A stretch of 64,000 nucleotides of DNA from Octopus sinensis (GCF_006345805.1 NC_042997.1:211048001-211112000); one strand, 5' to 3'. Shown: positions 11,679-25,156, numbered from the stretch's first letter. Program-made: numbers and translations. Notes: generated from the sequence alone by a model not told the origin.

Positions 11679-13965
11679 GCAATGGGTCTCCAGGAAGTTC
11701 ATGATTCTGTGTCATTAGCTTATAGATGGAAACGTCTTTAAACCATTTTTACTAAAACTGATAAGACTTAAATCTAAAAACCGCTGCCATTAAATGCTGC
11801 TTGGTTGTTGTTGTTGTGTGTTACCATTCCTTGTTGAAGCCATTTCAGTTCTCTTGGAACCACTTGCAGCAGTAATCTTTTAAAAGGAATCACCATGACA
11901 TAATTCTGTTTACGCTTCCCTCTCCAAAGTCTGGCACCAACCAGTCTTTGAGAAATCAATATCGTATCCACTTCATAGCAAAAGACCTTGTTGCCAAGGA
12001 AACGGTTTATAAAGAACACAATTTATGACATATCTTGGTTTGTTTGTTTGTTTTTTTTCCTTGTTTTTCTGTCTACATACAATTATATACACACATGCAC
12101 ACATGTGTGTATATCTATCTATGTATATACATGTATATCGTTTTAAACAATTTTTATGTAATTTCCTCAGTGTCATTATGTCTAATCAAATCAAACTGAA
12201 GATTTTTTTTCCTCTGTTGTTGTTAAAGAAACCGATTCCATTGCAGCCAATGTGCTTCTTGTAATTGTCTGACTTTTATTGCTCTTAGTCGGCCATTTCA
12301 GAATTTACAAACCGAAGCTCTTGGAATGTTTCAAATTAATAAATAATGGAACCATTTCAATTAGTTTTCACTGATGCAATCTCGCTGCTGCTGCTGCTGC
12401 TGCTGCTGCTGTTACAGTTCTTTTCAAGAAGCAGCCACTTGAGTTGCAACATTTCTAATTCCATTAACCGCTTTCAAGATCCAAGAATTTATTTCCTCAA
12501 TCTTTGTTTGTTTGTCTTAGACTTTTACTGATTCAATATACTCAAGTGGGGGGTGGGGTGATTTATATATTTATTTATATATTTATTTAATGATGGTGGT
12601 GGTGGTGGTGGTGGTGGTGGTGGCAGTGGCATTGTTGGTTATGGGTTTTCAAGCGATCATTTGGTCATTGTATTTCCACCAATGACAATCACAAGGAAGT
12701 GTCTGTAACCCACTGCAGAACAAATATTTCATGGGACTTCATTTATAAAACACCAGCTTTTTTCTTCACGCTCCAATGTTTACACACATACACATTCACA
12801 CAGAATCCGTTAACCAAATTCCACTTGCAAGGTACCGATCGACACTGGGGTCAAACTGCCCAACTCATGCTACAGTAGAAGATGGGTGATGATTATAACC
12901 CATCACGCATCACAGAGCATATTAAGATACATGTATGGTCATCAGTTTGATGGTAATGATAAGCATATGGTATGTGTCAGGAGGGGTGTCCTGCTGTAGG
13001 AACAACCATTCCAAAGCAGGCATTGGAACTTGGTACAGCCTTCTGGATCATCAGTTCAGGTTGAACCATCTAACGCATGCCAGGGATGAAAAAGGGATCC
13101 AGTCCCCACCCGTTTCCAATATTTCCCAGTGTTTTCGTGGAAGACTGGAAACGAAGGGCCCTTGTTGTGTGGGAGTGATGCTTGGGGATAATTATCCGGC
13201 AACACACACAGGAGAGGCTTCTTTTCAAATTTCGTCCACCAAATTCACTGACCAGGCTTTGGTCAGCCTGGGGCTATTGTAGAAGGCATTTGCCTAAGGG
13301 GCCGAGGATTGAACTCAAAACCTCGCTGTTGGGAAGCAAGCGTCTTGACCAGACAGCCACGTCTGTTCCTAAACATTTGTTTCTTCCCAAATGCCTGAAA
13401 TCGGAAGCCACAGCATTCTTCCTTGTTTATCGTGTCATAGTAATGTCTCTAAATATCTCTTTCCTCGTATAATGACTTTTATCAATTATTCAGCTGTAAT
13501 TACAACAATTAATAATCAAACATTACATAAATTTAATTTCACATTGTCTACACTGAATGTGGTGGTGGTCAGGGATGGAGGTTTATCAACACATGAAACA
13601 AATTTCAAATTCATTAAACTCTATTATTTATGATAATCACCATTGTTATTGCTATTTTAATGAGTACAAATATGTGAATATACTAGCAACAATTATTATT
13701 GTTGTTCTTATTCATTACTCCTGTTATCATCGTCATCATCATTATTATTATTATTATGATTCCTCATATGTTCAATGTTCTATTTTCTAGTGACTTCATT
13801 GTCTTTGCTTATAAACCATTTTGTATTTGGAAATGAATGCAATCTGTTGATTAGTGTTCATTCATTGTAAATAATTCTTCTCCTACAACAAATAAATCTA
13901 ACATGTCTGAAAAGTTTGGTTTGGAAACAAAAGAAATTCTTTGTCGTGATGGGAATTAAAAACAT

Positions 13966-14401
13966 AGTAAAGATTGTTTGCCAACATAACATGGCAGTCC
14001 TGGTTTAGGACGAATGTTGCTGTAATTTAGCCCCAGGAGACATCATCTCCAGCTGGCTATAATGACACAATCTGTGTCCTTATATTTTCGAACAAGGGAA
14101 TCTAGCACCCCCCACTCAGCTCAAAACAATATCTGTGTATTGCAAATTCCAGGTTATTTCCCTTCATCAGCACAGAATAACTGTCTGGGTAGAGGTGTCA
14201 CTGCCAAATTCCCGTTCAAAATATATAGTTTTCAAAGTGACAAATAGTCACTGATCTATAAATTAGAAAATTACTATTTTTATATAAGGACACAGATTGT
14301 GTCGTATAGCCAACTGGAGACGATGTCTCCTGGGGCTAAAATTACAGCAACATTCATCCTAAACCAGGACTGCCATGTTATGTTGGCAAATAATCTTTAC
14401 T
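13966..14401. repeat. Long inverted repeat / MITE-like element with 120-bp arms
   Basis: 13966-14085 and 14282-14401 are reverse complements with few mismatches; the spacer is 196 bp. Confidence 0.85.
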
Positions 14402-14759
14402 CCAAAGTACTGTTGCTGAATATCTCACATTGTGAGATTTAAAAATAGTAATTTTCTAATTAAAAACATAGTCGTCGTTGTTTTAACGTGCACTTTTTTA
14501 TGTTTGTATGGGTCAGGCAGAACTTGTTGAGACTGTCCAGTGGTGGCCACATGCTTTTCCTGTTGACAACCCTCACCTCTTACCAGATAATATTTCCTCT
14601 TGGGCAGAGAGGTTTTCATGGGAAATTCATAAAAAAAAAAAAATGACATTTATTGTATGACAGGGACACTTGTTCACAACGATCAAGTGATGTCAAGATA
14701 AGGAGACACACACTTTCTATGCACACAGATTTTGTAGATTCACTATAATTATTATAGTC

Positions 14760-15270
14760 GTTATCATCATCATTGTTTAACGTCTGTTTTCCAGGCTGGT
14801 ATGGGTTGGATGGTTTGACTGAGATCTGGAGAGCCAGCGGCTGCACCAGGCTCTAATCTGATCTAGCAATGTTTCTACAGCTGGATGCCCTTCCTAACGC
14901 CAACTACTCTGAGAGTGTAGTGGGTGCTTTTCATGTGCCACTGGCATAGGAGCCAGTCAGGTGGCACTGGCATCAGCCATGTTTGGATGGTGCTTTTTAT
15001 GTGCCACTGGCATCAGCCATGTTTGGATGGTGCTTTTTATGTGCCACTGGCACGGGAGCCAGTCAGGTGGCACTGGCATCAGCCATGTTTGGATGGTGCT
15101 TTTTATGTGCCACTGGCATCAGCCATGTTTGGATGGTGCTTTTTATGTGCCACTGGCACGGGAGCCAGTCAGGTGGCACTGGCATCGGCCATATTTAGAT
15201 GGTGCTTTTTATGTGCCACTGGCATCAGCCATGTTTGGATGGTGCTTTTTATGTGCCATTGGCATGGGAG
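14760..15270 (-). mobile_element. RTE 3' UTR fragment with expanded internal minisatellite
   Basis: RTE tail on the minus strand, plus about 7 tandem GTGCCACTGGCA(TCAGCCATGTTTGGATGGTGCTTTTTAT) units with interspersed 28-bp longer variants at 14930-15270. Confidence 0.8.
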
Positions 15271-15769
15271 CCAATCAGGGTGGTGGAGGGGAGGCTAAGC
15301 AAAAATGCTAATTCTAAAATCTTTGTAAGATATATCAACACAGTTGTTGTACTAACAAGCAATGTTTGTAGCCCCTTCAACATGGCCGTCCGTTTGAACA
15401 GACTTTACTTTTAACCCAGAGAGGACATCCCTCTTGCTGGATAACGATGCACAGCTGCATCCAAGATATTGCAAGCAGGGGAGCGAACCCCTACCACCTT
15501 CTAGCGACAGGACCAGCATACCAGCCTGGTTTCCAGCTGCCTCTCTTTAGTACTGGACACCTCGTCTGCTAGAGATGGCAGTAGCTCGTCTCTGCCAGCC
15601 ATAATTTCAAGCGAACGCACAGTCACTGGTTTAGCAACAAGCAAAAATGCTCATTCTAAAATCTCTGTAAGAGACCAATGCAGTAGATGTCTGTCCATTG
15701 GTAAATGGTTGTCCATTTCTTTAAATAATTAACAGGGAAGACAGAGTAAGCTTTATTTAGAATGATGAT

Positions 15770-16137
15770 CATTTCAGTTTACTTCTACTACACCTACACC
15801 CGCCTCCTTATGAGAGCTCAAAATCTCTCGTGGAAGTGCCATCCAACCAAAGTACAAATATATGGGAAACTACCACCTGTGTCATCTCTTGTGAAAGGTA
15901 AGAGAGTCCAGTTTGCAGGACATTGTTGTAGAGCTGAAAAAGAGGTAATTTCTACTCTTCTCCTCTGGAAGCCATCTACTCGCAATACCAGAGGGCGCAC
16001 ACTCTCCTACCCTGATGTAATCTCCAGGGATACAGGCATCCAGCAACAGGACCTCCATAATGCCATGATGGACCGTGAAGTCTGGCGTAGCATGGTAAAT
16101 TCCATTGTCTCGACCACGGTCAAACAATGATGATGAC
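15770..16137 (+). mobile_element. Second RTE-like LINE family, 3' end
   Basis: ORF 15762-16130 reads HPTKVQIYGKLP...RVQFAGHC...RGRTLSYPD...DREVWRSMV, followed by a (TGA)n tail. Confidence 0.75.
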
Positions 16138-18049
16138 TGCACGGCTCGCTAGAGGGGAGGGGGGACAATAAAATGGAATCAAATGCACCCCACAATTCAG
16201 AAGAAAATCTATCAGGTTACATAATGTGTACATTTCACTACTGTATGTGGCAGGATGGTGGATGCTTATAGGAGTTTGCAGATCTATTAATGAGGCAGGA
16301 TGTGGTGAACATGCTCTCTGGGCACATTACCAGGGACACACCCCCAAAACAAGGTTTAGATACTACATTTTAAAATCTTCTATCTAAACTTTGAACATAA
16401 CCTATATATATATATAATGGCATTAGGAAGGGCATCCAGCCATAGAAACCATACCAAAAAAGGGGTGGGAACCCAGGCAGTTCTTCCGCTGGCCAGCTCC
16501 TGTCACTCTGCCCAACCCGTACCATCATGGAAACGGATATTAAATGATAATGGTATCATCTTCATCATCCGGTACTTCCCATACTGTCGTGAGTTAGATG
16601 GTTTGACCGGAACTGGAAAGCTGGAGATACATTCTTGGAAATGTGTAGGAAAATCTGGCTGTAGAAAACCTGCCTCAGTGAGTTGCATCTGACCTTAGCA
16701 AGCCTGGGAAAGTAAACCTTAAAATAACGGCACACACGCATAATAGTGTAAACTCTACACACGTCTTTGTGAATGTGTATTTGTTCATGTAAAACAATAG
16801 AAATAGAGAGAGAGAGAGTGTGTGTGAGGTTGATGATTTGATGAGTAAAATAATAAGTGTACTTATTGTGCATGGGGGGGGGGAAGAAGTGGTAAAAGAT
16901 GATGTAGGGAGTGTGGGAAAGAACACATTGAATGTATAGAGGAGGGATTAATTAAAAATGATTAACTAAAAATGATGTGAAGATGATTGTATAATGTGAT
17001 GGTTAGATTGGGGTGTCGGATGTTCATGGAGGGGAGTGTTGGGCTGAACTAGGGAAAGGGTGAAAACAGCATTTTGTTACCTTGGAGACAGTGGGTCAGA
17101 CTTGGCAGCAGAGGGTCAAGTGAGATGTGTTCTGGAAGATCAGTGGTGGGAAAGATGTAGGTTGTATTATGTGGAAAGAATTGTGGCAGTGGTGGGAAGG
17201 TAGCAGAGGGTTGGGGGTTGGAAACGAATGGAAATGAGAATGGTCCGGTGGTCGAACGAGAGTATCACTGATGGAGAAGACAAATGTGGAACTGTAGCGG
17301 ATGATGGAATAAAGGAGGAGGCCGTGGATGAGTGTTGGGAAGAGAAATGGGATGAGATGGTTGGATGGTGTGTTGAGGAAGGAGAAGAGTGATTTGGCTG
17401 AGAGAGAATTGATGGAAATGTATGAGAAAGGGGGAAGACTGGAAAAAGAGACAATGGAGAGGAAATGGAAACAAGGGCAAAAGATGAGGAAGATGCAGAG
17501 AACTGTCTTGAAACCAGCTGGGCTGACTTGTACTTTAAAAGCAGGGCAAAACAGCCGAGAAGCATTTGTTCTACGTATCTTTGCACTTGGGAATAATAAT
17601 GTGTTGAGAAATCTAATATTTGAGTAAATCACATCAGCATTTCTCTTGTTTAGCTAAAGTTTTGTGAAACCATTCTGGAGCAATTCCCTCCTCACCCCAG
17701 TGATGACATCAGACAATCATCTGAGATTCCTTACTTTCTTCCCTCTATCAGACTGTGTCATCACAAAACACCAACCAGAGAAAATGGTGATATTTTAACT
17801 ACTTTCAGTTGTTATTGTTTGTTTTTCATTCATTTCTCAAGTTTCCATTGAAATAAATAAACCCTGGCACTAATTAGGAATAATGGACATTAATTACTGC
17901 TGTTGTACAGACAGTGCGGAGGGGTGGCGGGTGTCTGGCGAAGTCACCAACTTTGAATTGTGTCAGTCTTCAACTTTCCAAGGACATCAATTGTAACAGT
18001 GTTGTTTATTGTTGTTGTAAACAATCGAAAAAGAAGGGGGTGGGAGGGG

Positions 18050-18660
18050 GGGGCTCCCTTGAGGTTGTAGATAGCTTGTTACCTAGGTAACCAAATTAGC
18101 AATGGTGGAGGATGCTCTGAAAGTATTGTTTCTAGAATAAGAATAGGATGGAGGAAGTTCAGAGAGCTGCTACCTCTGTTAGCAACGAAAGGACTCTCGG
18201 AGTGAAAGGTAGATTGTATGATGCCTGGGTGCGAACAGCTGTATTACACGATAGGGGGACATGGGCTCTGACTGCAGAAGAGATGTGTAGACTTGGAAAG
18301 AAACAAAGGCAGTATGCTTGGATGAGCAACATCATTGTGCTTGTATGGCAAAGTGGAAATGTATTGAGAGAAAAGTTGGGCATAAGAGGAATCAAATGTA
18401 GCTTGCAAGAGAGAAGACTACGTTGGTTTGGAGATGTGATGCGTATGAATGAGGACAGATAGTATAAAGAAGTGCAGATCACTGAAAGTGGATGGTACCT
18501 GTGGAAGAGGGAGAACCAGGAAGACACGGGATGAAGTGGGAAGGACCAATCTCAGGATGTTGGGCCCCATGGAGAAAATGACAATGTACTGAGATGTCTG
18601 GTGATATGAAGTTCTTGAGAAGATCTGCCGACGTCAGCAAAACTGAATTCTAGAAGCACT
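18050..18660 (+). mobile_element. Degenerate RTE LINE fragment (main family)
   Basis: VKGRLYDAWVRTAVLH...QERRLRWFGDVMRM matches the element at 54079-56040. Confidence 0.75.
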
Positions 18661-20288
18661 GTGTGTCCCACCCACATATAACAAGAAAACTTTTCACACA
18701 CCCTACCCCGACAAACCTAAATATATCTCTTCTCCTTCATGCGCTATACCCACCTCTCACTTCCCAACCCTATCCTCAGGGCTCTCTTCACTGTATCATT
18801 GCTATCTAGTAACCCCTGACCTGTGTGTCCCACCCCATGTGCTATGCTTACCTTTCACTCCCTAATCCTGTCCTCACAGCCCTGTTTACTCTGTGCCATT
18901 GTTATCCCCTAGCCTCCACCACTCACTGCATTCCCCTCCCCACTCCCTAATCATGCTTCTTTGGCAATATCCTGCCACTTCTGTTATGACCTTTGAGCCT
19001 CAAGGGCAATACCCTGCCACTTGCCACCAGCTTTATCTATCTCTCCCTTTACTTGACCATCCCATTCATATTCTGATCCCTGTCCCTTGTGAGTATGCCC
19101 AGCACACTTTGCCACCATCTCCATCCTGATGCCTCCCACTCTCCCTCTCCTTCTCTTGCTCTTCCCTCAGGCTGGGTAACCATGTATTTCTTTTACAGCA
19201 GCACACCCATTTCTCTCCTCATTCCTGATCTCTCTCTCCCCTCCCCCTCCCCCTCTCTCTCTTGTGCATGCTAGGTATCCTTGTACAGCAAGACCCCTGT
19301 TTCTTTCTCACTATAACTTTTCAACATCTGACACAAGATCCCCTCCTCCAATTCCGCCTCCCCTCTCAAAGGGTCTTTGCCTTGCAAGTTGCTTGGTAAC
19401 CTTGTCTGTGCTGGTGCCACTTAAAAAGCACCCTGTCCACACTGTAAAGTGGTTGGCATTTGGAAGGGCATCCAGCTGTAAAAACTAAGCCAAAACAGAC
19501 ACAGAAGTCTGGTGCAGGCCTCTGGCTGGCCAGATCCTGTCAAACCATCCCACCCATGCCAGCACAGAAGATGGATGATCCTCATAATCTTGCTTCTCCA
19601 TTTTGGTTGTTGTGCACTTACATTTTAATTAATGGCAATGTCCTTGCCAAGTTGTATTAATTACTGTTCTAATTAAGTCAATGTTGTTGTTGTTGTTGTC
19701 CATTGAATCTACTTTTGTGATGTTAATGTCCTTCAAATCTACAAACATTTCAGTCTAAAATGAGAAGATTTGCAAAGACTGGAAAGAAATGAAGTGAGCA
19801 ATGCTCCACCGGGATGTGTAACATTGGCGAGTATGAACAATGGAGTATGAATGAGCTGAGAAGAAAATTAGGAGCCGAATGAGATGTAATGTGTGAATTA
19901 AGGCTGCTTTAGTATAGGGTATGGGATGTGTATGGTGGAGGAAGAAACTTGGAGACTTCTCTGAGATGGCATTGACTGGTGACTGGCAGAACTGGAGAGG
20001 AATTCACTCCATCTAAATCCACACCCTCCTACTCCACCATGCTGAAGAGATGGCTAAAGCATGGATCATGCTAGGTGGGGGGGGGATACCTCACACCTCT
20101 CCTCTTTTCCTACTTCTCAATCCCTCCCCATTACTCCTCCATACTTGTCCCTTCTCTCTCTCTCTATTATTCACTGTACCATATCATCCCTTTGTGTGAT
20201 ACCTCTGCATCTGTCCCCAGTCACTCTCCACCATCACTCATCTCTACAAACTAGCAATCGGTCACTCATCTTACCATCAAACACATAG

Positions 20289-20333
<45 letters not shown>

Positions 20334-20879
20334 TATTATTCCCTCCACACCTCACCTGCAGTCTCTCCCTCATTCTTCCTCTTACGATTGTGGGGGAGGA
20401 TTTCTGGGTAGATGACAACCTCTCTAATGCTCGTGCCATGATAAAACCTTCGCCAAGCAGTCCACTCATCTGTAAATTGAGCAACGATGGGGAGGAGATT
20501 CAGCTGCAGAGACCAGAGTGTCAAAATGATGAGTGTTCTGAAAGAGAGCTGACCCTCTGATCCATTCGAAGAAGGCAGCAACTCTGACAGAGAAATGACC
20601 CGTTCCACCCCTGACAGAATGCTAAGCAATGGCCATAGTGGCAGCAAAGAAGAAAAAACAACAAGTGTGTGAAGCCATTTTCTGTTTCCATGTGGCAGTT
20701 AACGTGTTGTCTGGTTACAAAACATTTAGCCCATTCATGCCTCTTCAGTGAGGTTGGTCACTTCCTTACAAGCACTTGGGCCTCCTCTCTCAAATGAAAA
20801 TAACCTCTCAAAAGTCCCAGAGGTTCTGAAAATTTCCATGGTTGTCACTCTTCCTCTTCTGGCTACTCATCAATCGAGA

Positions 20880-21260
20880 TCCCTTAATGGATTCACCCAG
20901 TCATTGGGATTCCACTCTCGACACTTTCGTGGTCAGCTGTCACTGCGGGGCCTCTGTTCTCTGTCGTGCAGGGTCGCAGGGTGACAGTGTCCAGTCCTTG
21001 ATGTTGTCAAACCAGCATTTTCTCAGTCTGCCTCTCATCATCCTTCCTCTGCCCTGAAGAATGGTTCAACACATGAAGTTGTAGCAGGAGACGTGAGCGT
21101 ACCAGGGCAAGCCCTCGTCTTTTTACCTGTGCAAGGAGCGCTTTCTGTCTGCCAGCCTTATTTGTTCACTTGTTGGCCATTTTGTGCTCTGTGTTTGGGA
21201 TGTGTAGCAGCCTTCTGAAGCATTTGTGATCAAATGCCAGGAGTCTTTGCTCTATATCAC
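20880..21260 (-). mobile_element. Degenerate RTE-like LINE 3' fragment (third family)
   Basis: Manual minus-strand translation gives TILQGRGRMMRGRLRKCWFDNIKDWT, a typical RTE C-terminal motif. Confidence 0.6.
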
Positions 21261-21736
21261 CTGTAAGAGCTCTCACACCCATACAAAAGAATCAGATTCA
21301 CCAGTGACTTGCACACTCAGTCTTCTTCTGACTACCACTCCCTTCCAAAAATATAAAAAAGGTATTATATATACACATATCCATATATATATATATATAT
21401 GCACGCACACACAACAGCAGTTTTGTTAAAGGTCACTTTGAGCATTTGGTGAAAGTGAGTGTGAATGTTGTAATATTGAAAAATAATTTCAAATTAGTTT
21501 CTCATTTAAACAGCAATTAAGGTCTTAACTACAGTAGTCTGATAATAATTAATTAAAAATGCTTAGCTAATTTGTTTCCATAAAGTTAATGATGAGCAGT
21601 GTCATATTACCGTATATGGAAGATGCGTTTGGGACATAATTATTTCACAAATTTAATTAAACTTTTTTATTCATTTCATTTATATTTTTGCTAAAACTTT
21701 AATTATTTTAATGATGTATTTTTTTCTTTTTTGTAG

Positions 21737-21834
21737 GACGCAAATTTTTCCGTAAAAATGATCGCAAATTAGCTGAAAGCCGAGAATTGGAATTACACAA
21801 ATTTGTAAAAGAGATTTTGTTGATGCATCCACAG
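21737..21834 (+). CDS. PX-domain gene, internal exon (phase 1 to 0)
   Basis: Acceptor ttttctttttgtag-like tract ending at 21736, donor GTTAGT. Reads (G)RKFFRKNDRKLAESRELELHKFVKEILLMHPQ, the PX basic loop and helix 2 with the conserved AExR arginine. The phase-1 intron at P-G matches the Tks/NCF1 position as I recall it. Confidence 0.8.
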
Positions 21835-22109
21835 GTTAGTGTTGTTGCTGTTGTTGTTTAGCTCTTGCTCAGTTTGACTGACATGAGCAACCTGTAATCT
21901 CTGTGGGCAGCAGATATTGTCTACCCTCCCATTGTGGTGTGCATTGGCTGGGCTTTGGGTGGTATAGCCAAAGGCTTGAACTTCATCAACAGGATCGACC
22001 TCTGCTGCTAACAATTGTTCTTTCTTTGCTGCATCCTGTTGGCTGGTGGACTCTATGCAGTTACTCAGAGGCAGTATTGTTAGTTATGGGTTCAGGTGGA
22101 GCCCTATCA

Positions 22110-22768
22110 GTGATTCTTTATGTGTCGCTAAGTAAGCCATTTCCTTGATCCCAGAATCCACAATCTCTGTCCCTGTACCTGAAGAAGTGAATATATCTTC
22201 CCCTGAAGTCATTGGTTATCTTGTCTGTGTAGTGACTTATGATGCCATCAGTTTGTGTGTGGGTGACTCTATAAACCACAGCCTTTGAGAGGCAGCATCC
22301 TTCCAATGGGCATTTAGTAGGATTTTAGAAGTTACAGGCTGGAGTGTTGGTTGAAGACTGTGTGAGTGCATGTTAGTGTCTGTTGTAGCATGTAATATTT
22401 GAAACAATATTATCTAAACTTGAGTAGCTAACTTTAACGTTATGGAAATCAAAAAGTCTATGACATCTATGGGTTCTTGGAAAATGCTTTTTAATTAGCA
22501 TCAGGGAGCTCCAAGCTACATATATGAAAGAGTCTAATTAAATGGAGAATTAAATCAGAATTTATTTTTCCTTGTTTCTAACTTTCTTTGGAAGGGCATA
22601 TTGGATCCTCCATATATTCCAACTATCAGTAAAGCTTTTTCTCACTGGTGCCTCATTACTATGGGATGCAATCCTGTTGAAGATCTCCCTGCTGATAGAT
22701 TCAAGATACTTTTGCAGATACCTGTGAATGAGGTAGGCGGTCGTAGTGTCCATGAATATTGCATACCC
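22110..22768 (-). mobile_element. Degenerate Penelope-like element (RT thumb, linker, GIY-YIG)
   Basis: Minus translation gives SREIFNRIASHSNEA, then LIKKHFPRTH...NVKVSYSSLDNIVS, then EGCCLSKAVVYRV...NDFRGRY, in the expected order with frameshifts. Confidence 0.7.
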
Positions 22769-22924
22769 AGAGGGCGCACGCTCTCCTACCCTGATGTAAT
22801 CTCCAGGGATACAGGCATCGAGCAACAGGACCTCCGTAATGCCATGATGGACCGTGAAGTCTGGCGTAGCATGGTAAATTCCATTGTCTCGACCACAGTC
22901 GAACAATGATGAAATGATGATGAC
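22769..22924 (+). mobile_element. Short 3' fragment of the second RTE family, abutting the PLE
   Basis: Near-identical to about 15990-16137 with a (TGA)n tail. Flanked by the direct repeat TGCATACCC at 22760-22768 and 22925-22933 (candidate TSD that partly overlaps the element end). Confidence 0.8.
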
Positions 22925-23464
22925 TGCATACCCATATATATATATATATGTATGTATATAGACAGAGGCATGGCTGTGTGGTAAGAATCTTACTTCCCAT
23001 CCACTTGGTTCTGGGTTCAGTCCCACTGTGTGGCTTCTTGGGCAAATGTCTTCTACTATAGCCTTGGGCTGACCAAAGCCTTGTGAGTGGATTTGGTAGG
23101 CAGAAACTGAAAGAAGCTCATATATATTATTTAATTTTTCCAAAATTTGATTGTTTTCCATAATTAGAGTTGAAAAAGTCTCAATGACTGAAACCGGTAC
23201 TCAAATGTTTTTTATAATAAAATTATTTTAGCATTTTCTTACCTTGACTTTTTTACCTTATATATATCATCATCATCATCATCGTTTAGCGTCCGTTTTC
23301 CATGCTAGCATGGGTTGGACGGTTTTACTGGGGTCTGTGAAGCCAGAAGGCTTCATCAGGCCCAGTCAAATCTGGTAGTGTTTCTACGGCTGGATGCCCT
23401 TCCTAACGCCAACCACTCCGAGAGTGTAGTGGAGTGGTTGGCGTTATATATAAATCTTTTTTTT

Positions 23465-23808
23465 TTTTTGTTTCAGTCATTTGACTGCGGCCATGCTGGA
23501 GCACCGCCTTTAGTCGAGCAAATCGACCCCGGGACTTATTCTTTGTAAGCCCAGTACTTATTCTATTGGTCTCTTTTGCCGAACCGCTAAGTGACGGGGA
23601 CGTAAACACACCAGCATCGGTTGTCAAGCAATGCTAGGGGACATACACAAACACACACACACACATATATACATATATACGACAGGCTTCTTTCAGTTTC
23701 CGTCTACCAAATCCACTCACAAGGCAGAAGACACTTGCCCAAGATGCCATGCAGTGGGACTGAATCCGGAACCATGTGGTTGGTTAGCAAGCTACTTACC
23801 ACACAGCC
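23465..23808 (-). mobile_element. tRNA-derived SINE (family A), near-complete copy
   Basis: Reverse complement closely matches 10825-11220. Confidence 0.85.
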
Positions 23809-24037
23809 ACTCCTGTGCCTATTATATATATATATATATATATATATGCACCTGTCTGTATGTATGTATTTGTGTGTCTATGTTTACATCCCCGTAACTT
23901 AACAGTTTGGCAAAACAAACCAATAGAATAAGTACTAGGCTCACAGAGAATAAGTCGTGGGGTTGATTTGTTTGACTAAAAGTGATGCTCCAGCATGGCC
24001 ACAGTCAAATGACTGAAACAAGCAAAAGAATAAAAGG

Positions 24038-24074
<37 letters not shown>

Positions 24075-24106
24075 TTGAACAAATATGTACAATTAGGTTA
24101 GTATGT

Positions 24107-24331
24107 TTAACCCTTTAGTGTTTAAACCGGCCATATCCGGCCCAAATATTCTATGTTTTATATTCAAACTGGCCATATCTAGCCTTTCACACCTAACCTA
24201 CAATGCTATTCTAAAAATAAGCAATCACATCATTGAGACCTCAAAGCTATAAGATAAAGCTTGATGAATTCAAAACAATTTGAATAAAAAATATATTACA
24301 TTTAAGTGTACTCTGAATAGTAAAGGGTTAA
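24107..24331. mobile_element. piggyBac-type MITE
   Basis: TTAA-CCCTTT...AAAGGG-TTAA termini; same family as 11466-11678. Confidence 0.75.
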
Positions 24332-24411
24332 ATGTTGAGTAGATCACTGGCACAGGTTAGGTTACCTGTTGTCATCCGCAGGAGATTTGCAGTGGCAGTT
24401 AGGGGTAATAG

Positions 24412-24830
24412 TATAAATTAATAGCAGGGGATGGATTGCGTATTCGACTTTTATTAGGCACAGCATATGTTTTGAACCCTTAGTCTGGGTCTCTTCAGAT
24501 ACATTGATAAAGATGTCTCATTAGAGATTTTTAGTGTCGGCTGGCTTGTTGTTATACACCGGTCATGTCTGGGAATGAATAAAAGCAAATAATATGATAG
24601 AAACAGAAAAAATTCAAATATGGACGTGGAAATCATAGATTTCAGTTTAGAGGAAACGCCCTGATTAGCTTTCGCTGTCATAACTGCTTGGAGGGAAAAG
24701 AGAGGACAAAGGAAGATTAATACTTAGACAATTAGTTTCGTGTTTGTGCATTTACAGGCTAATGGGTCGAAGCATATGGTGTACCTAATAAAAGTCTAAT
24801 ACGTAGTCCATCTCCTACTATTAATTCATA
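24412..24830. repeat. MITE-like element with ~75-bp imperfect terminal inverted repeats
   Basis: 24416-24487 is the reverse complement of 24755-24826 with roughly a dozen mismatches. Confidence 0.7.
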
Positions 24831-24980
24831 TTTATATTTATTTTGGTAGTTTTGACTTTGTGGCATTTATGAGTAGTAATGCCCTTGATGTAAATAAATA
24901 TATTTAAAGGGAATAATTATAAATTTTTCCCTTATAAGGTTGGCTACTTGATAAATTCTTATAAAAATTTTATCCTATTT

Positions 24981-25036
<56 letters not shown>

Positions 25037-25118
25037 GAATTTACAAAAAAAACAAGACGAAGACAGGTGTGTAAACAACAAACAGATGTATTAGTTTAAC
25101 GCTGGGGAAGCGAGAAAG

Positions 25119-25156
25119 TCTTTAACGTTTCGAGCCTATGCTCTTCAACAGAAAGG
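25119..25156 (-). ncRNA. Hammerhead-like motif (copy C) in a ~180-bp repeat at 25032-25215
   Basis: Minus strand: CCTTT-CTGTTGA-A-GAGC-ATAG-GCTC-GAAAC-GTT-AAAGA. Stem I is CTTT/AAAG. Confidence 0.55.

Noticed and set aside
11990-12003. RFX X-box-like GTTGCCAAGGAAAC
   Set aside because: A single imperfect site with no linked transcription start; chance cannot be excluded.
16220-16300. WQDG...EFADL resemblance to the PX beta-strand/RRY region
   Set aside because: In-frame stop, no Arg-Tyr motif in frame and no good splice sites.
17096-17632. 178-aa minus ORF
   Set aside because: Caused by purine/pyrimidine skew; faint PLE-like (minus) and RTE-like (plus) echoes conflict, so it is left unclassified.
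20336-20647. 103-aa minus ORF and GC-richer plus frames
   Set aside because: No recognisable domain, splice pattern or repeat motif.
10825-23808. Inverted SINE pair flanking the PX exon as a circRNA driver
   Set aside because: Inverted SINE pairs are expected by chance at this repeat density, and there is no specific support.
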